Below are positions 15,148 to 23,520 of a stretch of 37,329 nt of DNA, in pieces. The position numbers and the translations under genes were made by a program. How positions within the stretch are numbered: position 1 is the first letter of the stretch; every line of letters starts with the position of its first letter. The notes under the pieces were generated by a model, which worked only from the letters and a program-made list of their open reading frames with translations, made no database searches and had not been told where the DNA came from. The DNA is from a virus: the UHGV virus genome UHGV-0230703; one strand, written 5' to 3'.

Positions 15148-17970
15148 CTAGAACAATAAATTAATATCCGCCTCTTTACCTTGAATGTTTGAAATATCCT
15201 CAACAAACGCTTCAAACACTTGATTTCCTATGCGAATATTGAAAACTGCAGGACGTTTATTTTTGCCGTAGTTAACACTATGCTCTATTTGTGTTGTGAA
15301 ATTTCTATTTGCATTTTTTAAATTCTCTGAAAGATCAATACTAGGTGTACGAGTAAAACTATCTGCAATCATATTAGCCATGTTTCCTACATTGCTTTGG
15401 ACACTGGCAAAGCCATTAGTTAAACCTGCGTTTAGTCCATTCATGATTGCTTGCCCAGCTGGGATTAACAATTTTCTATCGTATCGAATAGGTCCTTTGT
15501 GTTCCCTAATCCAGTCACCAATACCTCCAACAAAATCTTGGACTCTTTTCCATTTTTCTTTCAGTCCATCAAATAAGCTGTCCATGATTGCTTTACCAGC
15601 TTCCCAAAGGTTAATATCTTTAATTTTATTAAACCAACGCTTCACCTTATCAACCGTATCACTAACAGCATTTACTAAATTATCCCATGCCTCTTGAGCA
15701 CCATTTACTAAATTGTTGAAAGTATCTATAGTACCTTGTTTTAGGTTTTCCCATCCCTGAATGATGTTATCCTTAGTTCCAATAACTAGATTAATAAACC
15801 AAGCTTTGAAAGAATTCCATAAATCTTTCGCTCCTTGAATCATATTATTAAACAGATCGATTGTCCCTTGTTTTAGGTTATTCCATCCCTGTTTAATACT
15901 ATTTACAATATTGTTAGTTGTCTCTTTAATCCATGTAGTAAAAGAATTCCACATATCTTTGATGGTAGAAGTTAACACATTCCAGATATTTATCACAGTA
16001 TCCTTTAAGGATGTGTAATAACCAATAACTATATCTACAAACGTTGTGATAATGTTTTGGATATTTGTAGTTAATGTAGTCCACAGCATCGAAGCATCTT
16101 CTTTTAACTGATTAAAATTACCTGTTATCAAATCAATCAAAAGTAGAATTGGACCCATTACAACAGTTTTTATAATTTCCCATGCAGAGCCTGCGATTGA
16201 TCCAATTTGAGACCATAGGTTCGTAAAGAAATCAATCATTGGCTGAAAAACATTTTTTATGGCAATAACATACGGTGCTAGAATGTTTACAATTTCTTCC
16301 CAAGCGGAACTAGCAGCTTCTTTGATGCCATCCCATATACTCGAAAAGAATTCTTTTGTTTCAGTCCATTTATTCTTGATCCAATCTGCCGCTTTTCCAG
16401 GAGCTTCTTGAATTGTAGTCCAAACATTGTCTGCACCTTCTTTAATGGACTTCCATAAATTGTTAAACCATTCTCCTGTAGATTTCCATGCATTCTGAAT
16501 CCATTCTACTGCCGAGCTTACAGCAGACTTGATTCCCTCCCATAAGCCAATCCAAAAGTTTCTAAAATCTTCACTCGTATTCCAAAGATAGATGAAACCT
16601 ACAACAAGTAGTGCTACCGCAGCTATAACCAATCCGACTGGACTGGTAAGAAAACCTATGGCGGAACCTAATTTCTTGAACAAAGAGATTCCGTTACCTA
16701 ATACACCTAACCCCACTTTCATGGTTTGAAACGCTTTAACCAGCATTCCTAATGCATACAATACTGGCCCAATTGCAATAGCGATTGCTCCTATGGCTAC
16801 TACTAATCTTTGAGTTGATTCTGGAGCACTTACAAATTTTTCTACTAAGCCGGATATGGCATCTGCTACTTTTTTGATGGATGGTGCTAGAATCTTTTGA
16901 ATTACAATAGCTGCTGACTCAAAAGCTCCAAACATTTGCTCGATGGAAGAATTCATATTATCTTGCATGGTCCGAGCCATATCGTCAGCTGCACCATCAG
17001 AATCTTTCAGAGATTTTGTTAATTTGCCCAATGAATCAGGTCCTTTATCAATCAAAGCCATCATCCCTGATAATGATTCTTGCCCATATAGTGTTACTAA
17101 AGCATTTTGTTGTTGTTCAGGCGTCAGGCCTTCAAAAGCTTTTTTAAGTAATTCTACTTGAGTTTTTAAAGGTTTCATTTTACCGTCAGCATCATAAAAC
17201 GAAACACCTAAATTATCCATTGTATCTTGCATAGCCTTTGTTGGCCTTGCTAACCTAGACAATGCTCCTCGCAACGTTGTACCTGCTTGAGAACCCTTAA
17301 TACCTGCGTCACTCATAATACCAATAGCTGCTGCAGTTTCTTCCAAAGAAATACCCATTGAATTGGCTACAGGAGCAACATACTTCAATGCCTCTCCCAT
17401 GTCTCCAACTTCAGCATTGGTATCCGCAGCAGCACGAGCAAATACATCAGCGACATGTCCTGCTTCACTTGCTTCTAAACCAAATCCTCTCAAAGCAGTA
17501 GCAGTATTTTCAGAAGCTAGAGCCACATCCCCTCCAGATACAGCTGCTAAGTCTAAAAGACCCGGCATTGCTTTCATGATTTCTTGTGCGCTAAATCCAG
17601 CAGAAGCAAGATTTTCCATGCCGGCAGCCGATTCTTTTGCGCTAAAAGCAGTTTTTGCTCCTAGATCAATCGCTTGCTGTTTCATCTGTTCAAATGTGTC
17701 GCCTGTTGCTCCTGATATAGCTTTTACACGACTCATTTGTTCTTCGAAGTCGCCACCAACTTTAGCAGCTGCTACGCCTACTCCTATAAGAGGAGTGGTA
17801 ATATACTTTGTCATTGCGGCACCAGTACCTTGCATCACTTTACCTACAGCGGTTGTCATACTATTTGATTTCTCTTCAAAAGTCTTAACAGCATCTTGCG
17901 CATCTTTAAAAGTCTTTACAAATCCACTATCTGTGGCTTTTAATAAGGCTTCAACAGAAAATTGTTCCAT
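15148..17970 (-). CDS. tape measure protein (940 aa)
   Basis: Ala/Gly-rich N-terminal half, central TM segments, C-terminal periodic W/F repeats; position after gpG/gpGT. Confidence 0.9.
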   Translation of the reverse strand: MEQFSVEALLKATDSGFVKTFKDAQDAVKTFEEKSNSMTTAVGKVMQGTGAAMTKYITTPLIGVGVAAAKVGGDFEEQMSRVKAISGATGDTFEQMKQQAIDLGAKTAFSAKESAAGMENLASAGFSAQEIMKAMPGLLDLAAVSGGDVALASENTATALRGFGLEASEAGHVADVFARAAADTNAEVGDMGEALKYVAPVANSMGISLEETAAAIGIMSDAGIKGSQAGTTLRGALSRLARPTKAMQDTMDNLGVSFYDADGKMKPLKTQVELLKKAFEGLTPEQQQNALVTLYGQESLSGMMALIDKGPDSLGKLTKSLKDSDGAADDMARTMQDNMNSSIEQMFGAFESAAIVIQKILAPSIKKVADAISGLVEKFVSAPESTQRLVVAIGAIAIAIGPVLYALGMLVKAFQTMKVGLGVLGNGISLFKKLGSAIGFLTSPVGLVIAAVALLVVGFIYLWNTSEDFRNFWIGLWEGIKSAVSSAVEWIQNAWKSTGEWFNNLWKSIKEGADNVWTTIQEAPGKAADWIKNKWTETKEFFSSIWDGIKEAASSAWEEIVNILAPYVIAIKNVFQPMIDFFTNLWSQIGSIAGSAWEIIKTVVMGPILLLIDLITGNFNQLKEDASMLWTTLTTNIQNIITTFVDIVIGYYTSLKDTVINIWNVLTSTIKDMWNSFTTWIKETTNNIVNSIKQGWNNLKQGTIDLFNNMIQGAKDLWNSFKAWFINLVIGTKDNIIQGWENLKQGTIDTFNNLVNGAQEAWDNLVNAVSDTVDKVKRWFNKIKDINLWEAGKAIMDSLFDGLKEKWKRVQDFVGGIGDWIREHKGPIRYDRKLLIPAGQAIMNGLNAGLTNGFASVQSNVGNMANMIADSFTRTPSIDLSENLKNANRNFTTQIEHSVNYGKNKRPAVFNIRIGNQVFEAFVEDISNIQGKEADINLLF
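15705..15965 (-). repeat. about 129-bp (43-aa) tandem duplication inside the tape measure gene
   Basis: DNA: ccttgttttaggttttcccatccctgaatgatgtt vs cccttgttttaggttattccatccctgtttaatact; protein: IKQGWNNLKQGTIDLFNNMIQGAKDLW / IIQGWENLKQGTIDTFNNLVNGAQEAW. Confidence 0.6.
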
Positions 17971-17986
17971 GATTTTCCTCCTTTCC

Positions 17987-18280
17987 TCAAGAGTTAGCTT
18001 TAGTTAGTAAGCTTTGGAATTTTTTATCTTGTTTTGAAAGTTCGGAAACTCCCATGATTGAATCTTCGATTTTTTGATAATTAAAGAATTCTTCAAAGGA
18101 TCGATATACAGGAACTGTCTTTTTGCCTACTTTTTTCTCCGCTTGGACTTGCTGATTTGCCCACGCTAATTCGTGAATCAACTTTTCTTTGTCAAGCCAG
18201 GATAACTGGGCTGCAGTCATACGAATGTTGTATTCATATAAAGTCATTCTTTCGATATCTGAAATATTGGTCATTCCCAA
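17987..18280 (-). CDS. gpT-like extension of tail assembly chaperone, expressed as a gpGT fusion by -1 frameshift from 18328..18696
   Basis: frame is open upstream (no start needed) back to the slip site 18388..18394; ends overlapping the TMP start. Confidence 0.75.
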   Translation of the reverse strand: MGMTNISDIERMTLYEYNIRMTAAQLSWLDKEKLIHELAWANQQVQAEKKVGKKTVPVYRSFEEFFNYQKIEDSIMGVSELSKQDKKFQSLLTKANS

Positions 18281-18327
18281 ATATCGAAAGGAATTTATAA
18301 GAATTTGTTCATATGCAAGCGCAGAAT

Positions 18328-18696
18328 CTATTCCGCCTGTTGTTTTTCCGCTTCTTTCAATTTCTGATTCAGGTTTCGGACCGCTAACTTTCCCGCATTT
18401 GACTCTGCTAATTCTTTTAAGACGTTATCAAACAATTTTTCAATGTCTTTAACTTCATCGATGTAATCATCCAATTCATCTAATGTAATAGATTCATCTT
18501 CAGTTCTATTTGCTATTTCCAGAACTCGTGACAACGTGTTGACATTATAAGAACGTAATTCCGGTAAGACTTTTGCTGAGAGTCCCATTCCAAATTCCAT
18601 ATTTCCATCGATGAAAGGCATCACTTTGTCTAATTCACGTACAAATTTAGTGCCAAATTTAAACGAATATTCTTTACCTTTAATTTTTAATTTCAA
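18328..18696 (-). CDS. tail assembly chaperone (gpG-like)
   Basis: 122 aa between major tail and TMP; contains the slippery heptamer G_GGA_AAG 20 codons before its stop. Confidence 0.8.
   Translation of the reverse strand: MKLKIKGKEYSFKFGTKFVRELDKVMPFIDGNMEFGMGLSAKVLPELRSYNVNTLSRVLEIANRTEDESITLDELDDYIDEVKDIEKLFDNVLKELAESNAGKLAVRNLNQKLKEAEKQQAE
18388..18394 (-). other. -1 programmed frameshift site GGGAAAG (identical to lambda G/GT)
   Basis: minus strand ...GCG GGA AAG TTA...; the -1 frame (GGG AAA GTT AGC...) stays open into ORF 17987..18280. Confidence 0.75.
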
Positions 18697-18741
18697 TGTT
18701 TTTCATCCTCCTAAAATAAAAAAGAGAGCATCTAAGCCCTC

Positions 18742-19254
18742 TTATGCTCCTGTCGAAGTTGCTTTCACGGTATCTTTGAATGCATATTGAACAACATCGG
18801 CTTGATCTTCTGTCAAGGTTGCATAACCATCTTGACCAACACCATTTACTGCAAATGATAAACTTAATTCAACGTTATCCTCTGCAGCAGCCGATGGAGT
18901 AAATTCAGACACATATGCTTGGTAATAAGTAGCTTTGTACTTATTTGCATTATCATCTGTTCCCTGTTCTGCTTTGTTGATTTCCCAAATTTCAATGATA
19001 TCGCCATTTAATAAGGCTTGTTTCATTTCATCTACATGAGAATCTCCTTTAGCAACTATTGAAGTAGCCGAAAAATCATATTCAACTGGACTTAAACTTT
19101 GAACGTTTCCGTCTTTTGTCACTGTAGAGTCTGAATCTCTTGATAAACCATTTTCGTGTTCTGTTTGAAATGCCATTTTCCAAGCAGCTTCCTGAGTTTC
19201 TTTTTTCAATAAGCGATAAAGCAAAATGACATCAATACCTTTTAGTGCTTCCAT
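18742..19254 (-). CDS. major tail protein
   Basis: start moved to ATG 19254 (RBS AGGAGG, 6-nt spacer); position before the chaperones. Confidence 0.8.
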   Translation of the reverse strand: MEALKGIDVILLYRLLKKETQEAAWKMAFQTEHENGLSRDSDSTVTKDGNVQSLSPVEYDFSATSIVAKGDSHVDEMKQALLNGDIIEIWEINKAEQGTDDNANKYKATYYQAYVSEFTPSAAAEDNVELSLSFAVNGVGQDGYATLTEDQADVVQYAFKDTVKATSTGA

Positions 19255-19264
19255 GTTCTTCCTC

Positions 19265-19660
19265 CTATCTAATTCTAAATTCAAGTGTGACAACCGCCCG
19301 CTTTAGCGGTGTATTCGTTGTTGTGTCGTCCATCACTTGAATTCCACTTGCTTGATAATTTAAAGCCCAATAATAGCCTTCTGTGGCTTCTATCAATCTA
19401 GCTTCATTAAAAAGAGCAGATGCCATATTTGACACCTGCTTTCGTTTCTTCTGTAATCCCCAAACGGATAAAACCACAATCACGGACCCTTTAATGTCAG
19501 TTTTATTTACTTCATGGATGGTCTGAGTGTTCTCAAATTCCACAAAGGGATAACCAACATCCTCTAAAGTTTTGTAATCGTATGTTTTATATCCAAGTTT
19601 GTTTTGGGATATTTTAAAAAGTTCATCAAAAATCGACTGATCTCTTGTCTTAATCATCAT
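19265..19660 (-). CDS. tail terminator / tail completion protein (131 aa)
   Basis: gene order connector-adaptor-gp10-like-terminator-major tail. Confidence 0.5.
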   Translation of the reverse strand: MMIKTRDQSIFDELFKISQNKLGYKTYDYKTLEDVGYPFVEFENTQTIHEVNKTDIKGSVIVVLSVWGLQKKRKQVSNMASALFNEARLIEATEGYYWALNYQASGIQVMDDTTTNTPLKRAVVTLEFRIR

Positions 19661-19995
19661 TTCACCAAGGCTTTCATTTCAGCCATAAATTTGACTTTTT
19701 GATAATTAAAAGCTGGTCTAACATAAGGCTGTGCCGACATAAAGCGAGTTCCATGTTCTACATAAGGAGCATAGTCTGCTGTCGGTCCTACAATACCAGT
19801 TAAACCAGCTTCTAAAAGATTCATGTTTATTGATCTTCGTAAGTGACCTGTATCCACTGGCGCACCTTTTTGCATTCGTTCAGTCATTTCAGCAGTATTA
19901 CTTTTCACGACTTTTTGAACGTCATTAAGCGTTGCTGCTTTTTTCAGATGTCGCATCAGCTGATCGATTCCTTTATATTCAAGTTGTGCCTTCAT
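19657..19995 (-). CDS. HK97 gp10-family tail component
   Basis: start at ATG 19995 (RBS AGAGGTGG); [21 protein letters not shown] motif typical of the gp10 family. Confidence 0.65.
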   Translation of the reverse strand: MKAQLEYKGIDQLMRHLKKAATLNDVQKVVKSNTAEMTERMQKGAPVDTGHLRRSINMNLLEAGLTGIVGPTADYAPYVEHGTRFMSAQPYVRPAFNYQKVKFMAEMKALVK

Positions 19996-20305
19996 CAAGA
20001 ACCACCTCTTGCACAATTAAACTATTTCTATATGCTGGATTTCTAGCTGTTTTTTGTTGCCAAGTCTTTCCTTCAATCTCGATATAGTCAAATGTAGGGA
20101 TAGAAAAAAGAGGCTGCGTCCTAATGACCTTCGCCCCTTCTTCCACACTACCAAAAATAGTCACACTTCTATCAGTGCCAATATCCGTCACGTTTGCCTC
20201 TGTTCTTGTTCTTTCTGGTTTGCCTTCAACCCACTCACCGAGATCTGGATCATATTTAGAGTCAGATGAACGTTTAACAAATATAATTTCATCTGTAAAT
20301 CTCAT
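19979..20305 (-). CDS. head-tail adaptor / head closure protein (SPP1 gp16-like)
   Basis: 108 aa, position after the gp6-like connector. Confidence 0.6.
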   Translation of the reverse strand: MRFTDEIIFVKRSSDSKYDPDLGEWVEGKPERTRTEANVTDIGTDRSVTIFGSVEEGAKVIRTQPLFSIPTFDYIEIEGKTWQQKTARNPAYRNSLIVQEVVLDEGTT

Positions 20306-20631
20306 ATAAATTTAAACCTCCCTCGATTTGGCTTGTACAACTCTTCCTGATCTTTACGCTTAAATTCGTCAATCTCATTTTGATACTCTGAAAAATCCGA
20401 ATCAGGAAAAGCCATAGATAAACCTTCTTGAGAATATGACTGCATACCTTCTTGACCAATTCTATTGAATCTTTTCAACGATACTTCATATACAACTGTT
20501 TCAAATTCTTTAGGAACTTCTTGCGTATTTAACAAGGTTTTCATACGCTCATTCGTTCTTCGCTCAATAACTTCAAGCTTTTCATCTAGTGTTCCTTTAA
20601 GAAGTTTTTTAATATCCTCTGCAATCGTCAT
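20302..20631 (-). CDS. head-tail connector protein (gp6-like)
   Basis: 109 aa directly after MCP/Ig; helical N-terminus typical of phage gp6-like connectors. Confidence 0.65.
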   Translation of the reverse strand: MTIAEDIKKLLKGTLDEKLEVIERRTNERMKTLLNTQEVPKEFETVVYEVSLKRFNRIGQEGMQSYSQEGLSMAFPDSDFSEYQNEIDEFKRKDQEELYKPNRGRFKFI

Positions 20632-20642
20632 ATTTTTACTTC

Positions 20643-20906
20643 CTAACTAGCAGGTTGACCTGTCACATTGATTGAAGTAGTGAATTCTCCAGAAGTAAAT
20701 GTGAATGTTGCTGATCCTTCTGCTGCAATCGTTCCATCAAAACCACCATTTTCATTTTTGGTCACTGTTGCGATAGCTCCATCACTTGAAGTTGCTGTAG
20801 TAGCTGCAACAACAGTAGCTGCATCGCTAGCATCTGCAGGCACAGCTGAAATAGTAAATGTTTTAGTATCGCCTACTTTACCGGTCCATGTCTTTTGATT
20901 TGGCAC
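20643..20906 (-). CDS. Ig-like (Big_2-type) domain ORF; most likely a C-terminal extension of MCP via -1 frameshift, not independently initiated
   Basis: no RBS, GTG only; frame open upstream to the CCCAAAA slip site inside the MCP 3' end; Thr/Ala-rich beta-sandwich-like sequence. Confidence 0.7.
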   Translation of the reverse strand: MPNQKTWTGKVGDTKTFTISAVPADASDAATVVAATTATSSDGAIATVTKNENGGFDGTIAAEGSATFTFTSGEFTTSINVTGQPAS

Positions 20907-20923
20907 AATACCGGTAGCAGGCG

Positions 20924-21847
20924 TTACGCTTTTGGGGAAATCTTCCCAAATGCTTCATCTTTTACAATCATAAATCCAACATCCATTGTTGCACGCAAAG
21001 CAATCAGTTCTTGCTCAAACAAGTTAACTGGGGTTCCATCTTCATTATTTAAAGTAGACAATTGGGCTTCTTCAGAAATCTTAAATGAAATATTATATGG
21101 GATCCCATAAAACATGTAGTTGAAGTCTCCAGCGTAAAGAGTCCCTTTATCTAAAGACTTAAGGTCTACTACTGGTAATCCGTCAATTGTATTAGCAGAG
21201 CGATCATAAATAAACTCAACATTTGACCCGACTGTTTGAGCTGCAGAACGTAATTCTGTACGATTTTTTCGGTTTGAAATAAACGCATTAGGTTCGAATT
21301 CATTTTCTGCTAACTTGTCTTCTAAGGCTAGGATATTATCATAAGTCAATCCGCCTTCAACCACATTCCCCGCACTAATAACTGATTCGTCTAGTGACTG
21401 AGGAAATGGATTTTCTTTATTTAATAAGGCAGCTGCATCAAATTTTTTATAGAAAGCTTCAGCAATTTTTGGCTGCATCTCAGCAAAGAAATCTGATAAT
21501 TTATAATTTAAATATTCACGAGAAACCGGAAGAATGACACCGAGTTTTTTTGCAGTCATCGTAGCTTCTATCCATTTAGGTTTAGATGTTTTAATTTTTT
21601 CACCTTCACCCACCCAATATGCGCCTGGTCCTTCTGCAAAGTATTCAAATTTCTTTTCTTTGTCAGTCATTTCTTCGTATTTTGCTAACTGCATGATCTT
21701 AGAGTTTTCCATAACTTCACTCAAAATGAGCGTATTATATTTATCAGGAATTTTTCCCTCTTTCGTTTCATATACCATAACATTATCTGGATCCCATGTT
21801 TGAGCAAACATTTGCAAGTTCATTGGTAAAAGTTGTTTCTTTTTCAT
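20924..21847 (-). CDS. major capsid protein (HK97 fold)
   Basis: 307 aa after scaffold; RBS AGGAGG; N-terminal MNLQMFA L27-like motif. Confidence 0.9.
   Translation of the reverse strand: MKKKQLLPMNLQMFAQTWDPDNVMVYETKEGKIPDKYNTLILSEVMENSKIMQLAKYEEMTDKEKKFEYFAEGPGAYWVGEGEKIKTSKPKWIEATMTAKKLGVILPVSREYLNYKLSDFFAEMQPKIAEAFYKKFDAAALLNKENPFPQSLDESVISAGNVVEGGLTYDNILALEDKLAENEFEPNAFISNRKNRTELRSAAQTVGSNVEFIYDRSANTIDGLPVVDLKSLDKGTLYAGDFNYMFYGIPYNISFKISEEAQLSTLNNEDGTPVNLFEQELIALRATMDVGFMIVKDEAFGKISPKA
20930..20936 (-). other. -1 programmed frameshift site C_CCA_AAA, 2 codons before the MCP stop
   Basis: MCP frame ...ATT TCC CCA AAA GCG TAA; -1 frame CCC AAA AGC GTA ACG CCT... continues 94 codons through the Ig-like ORF to 20643. 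Confidence 0.65.
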
Positions 21848-21859
21848 TAAGTTTTCCTC

Positions 21860-22462
21860 CTATTTGATAATTCGATTTTTAGCAGCTAGCTTAGCCACTG
21901 TTTCTTTAGTATTTTTCGATGCTGTAAATTGTCCACCTTCATTTGGTGGTGTTTGTCTTGCGTTTTCTCTCTTAATCAAAGAAGCAAAGTTAGCGATGAC
22001 TGCTACAGCTTGTTTTGTGGCATCTGCATCATCAGAAACAATCAGCCCAAGTAAATCATCATCGTGTGGTAAATTTGCATCTGTTAGCATTTTAGAAGCT
22101 TCTTTCGTCATTTCAGATAGTGCCTGTCCACGCTTTAATTCAGCGATTTCAGCTTCTTTTTGTTCCAACTCATGCTGTAGTTTTTCTTCCGCATTCATTT
22201 TTGCCAGCTTTTTAGCTTCTTCTTTTTTTGCTTCTAGTTCTTTTTCCCACGCTGCTTTTGCTTTATTCGTTTCAGCAGCGATCATTTTCGCTACTTCATC
22301 ACGAGAAAATGTTTTGCCAGTATTGTTTTCTTCTTTTGCTTCGGTCGGTGTCTCTTGTGAGCCAGCTGGTAGGTTTCCTTGTTGTCCCTCATCACCAGAT
22401 CCACCATCTCCTGGTTCAAAAAAAAATTGTAAGTTCATTGGCATAAATAAACGTTTTTTCAT
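21860..22462 (-). CDS. scaffolding protein
   Basis: 200 aa, Ala/Glu/Lys-rich coiled coil; RBS GGAGGA; N-terminal MNLQFFF motif shared with MCP. Confidence 0.75.
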   Translation of the reverse strand: MKKRLFMPMNLQFFFEPGDGGSGDEGQQGNLPAGSQETPTEAKEENNTGKTFSRDEVAKMIAAETNKAKAAWEKELEAKKEEAKKLAKMNAEEKLQHELEQKEAEIAELKRGQALSEMTKEASKMLTDANLPHDDDLLGLIVSDDADATKQAVAVIANFASLIKRENARQTPPNEGGQFTASKNTKETVAKLAAKNRIIK

Positions 22463-22577
22463 GATTAATCCTCCACGGTTACGCCGCTACCCGATAAATT
22501 TGACCAGTTACGCCGGTCAGCCGAAAAATAGCTTTCTCTTTAACGCCTGTAAGCTGTAAGAAGGCACAATAAAAAGC

Positions 22578-22595
22578 CGTTAATTCGTATTAACG
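22578..22595 (-). terminator. hairpin CGTTAAT-tcgt-ATTAACG followed by CTTTTTATT after the minor head gene
   Basis: overlaps the stop codon of 22590..23516; partial terminator before scaffold/MCP. Confidence 0.45.
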
Positions 22596-23516
22596 ACTTG
22601 TTATTCGTTCTATATATGGCGCTGTACTGCATCGACAAAATGGATGCATGTTAGGAGCGTTACTTCCTGGCTGCATATCGGCAACATCAAAAACTTGATT
22701 ATTTAACGGTATACATAGTTTGCACGCCGTTGGTTCTGCTATATAGATGTACTGGGTAATGCCTGCATCTCTGTAACTTCGTTCTTGGATTCCTACCTGA
22801 ACTCTAGTCGTTTCAGTCACCATCAAACGTTGAGTGTTGAACTTAGTGTTTTCTCGTCCTTCAGCTGTTAAATATTCTGCCAATTTAGATGCAAGTTGCT
22901 TGGGATTTTTCCCCATCGTTATACTTCTCAGTAACAACCTATCTAATTCTGATTTCAATTCAGATTGATACATCCATAAGCGATCACTAAAAGACACGTC
23001 ATCACTCAAAAAGGAGCTGTTTATTACTAGTTCTATCAGCTTTGCATATCCACTTGAAGTAATAGTCATTTCTAAAATACCGGCTTGTCTCTTCAATTCA
23101 GCTAAACCAGCTTTTGTTAATTCATTCGAAAAGTACTTATCCAATTCATTAAACAGTGAAATCAATTCAAGCCCGATATTAGCTTTTAAGAGCTCTAATC
23201 TATTTACACGCATCGTAAGATTGTATAGCTTTAACTCTTGGTTTGCTGTAGGAGAAAAATCTTTCTCTTCGACATACTTCTTTGCTTTGCGAGCGAATGC
23301 TTTGACATCCATTTCACTAGCACGCTTCATCGCTTCGCTACGAGTGATTTTCTGACCATTGGAGAAACTGTCCCACTGCGCGTCTATTTCTTTTTGTATC
23401 GCATCTTGTGCGTATTGCATGCGACTTTTAATTTCTGCCATGCGCTTTTTATCATCTTTAATTTGTTGCTTTTGCCATTCCTTTTCCCGTTTGATCCAAT
23501 ATTCTTGGGAGTTCAT
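22590..23516 (-). CDS. minor head / head morphogenesis protein (Mu F-like, SPP1 gp7 family)
   Basis: 308 aa after the portal; C-terminal HPFCRC Cys/His cluster typical of the F-like family. Confidence 0.8.
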   Translation of the reverse strand: MNSQEYWIKREKEWQKQQIKDDKKRMAEIKSRMQYAQDAIQKEIDAQWDSFSNGQKITRSEAMKRASEMDVKAFARKAKKYVEEKDFSPTANQELKLYNLTMRVNRLELLKANIGLELISLFNELDKYFSNELTKAGLAELKRQAGILEMTITSSGYAKLIELVINSSFLSDDVSFSDRLWMYQSELKSELDRLLLRSITMGKNPKQLASKLAEYLTAEGRENTKFNTQRLMVTETTRVQVGIQERSYRDAGITQYIYIAEPTACKLCIPLNNQVFDVADMQPGSNAPNMHPFCRCSTAPYIERITSR

Positions 23517-23520
23517 TTAA

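Noticed and set aside
8243-22559. Plus-strand ORFs in the track lying antisense to tail and head genes (8243..8566, 8878..9210, 11708..12098, 12439..12876, 13628..13834, 14265..14558, 15296..15697, 16943..17161, 17363..18007, 18189..18452, 19843..20309, 20465..21110, 21534..21803, 21864..22559, 22228..22446)
   Set aside because: All are embedded in well-supported minus-strand genes, lack RBSs, and have low-complexity composition typical of antisense frames of A/G-rich coding DNA.
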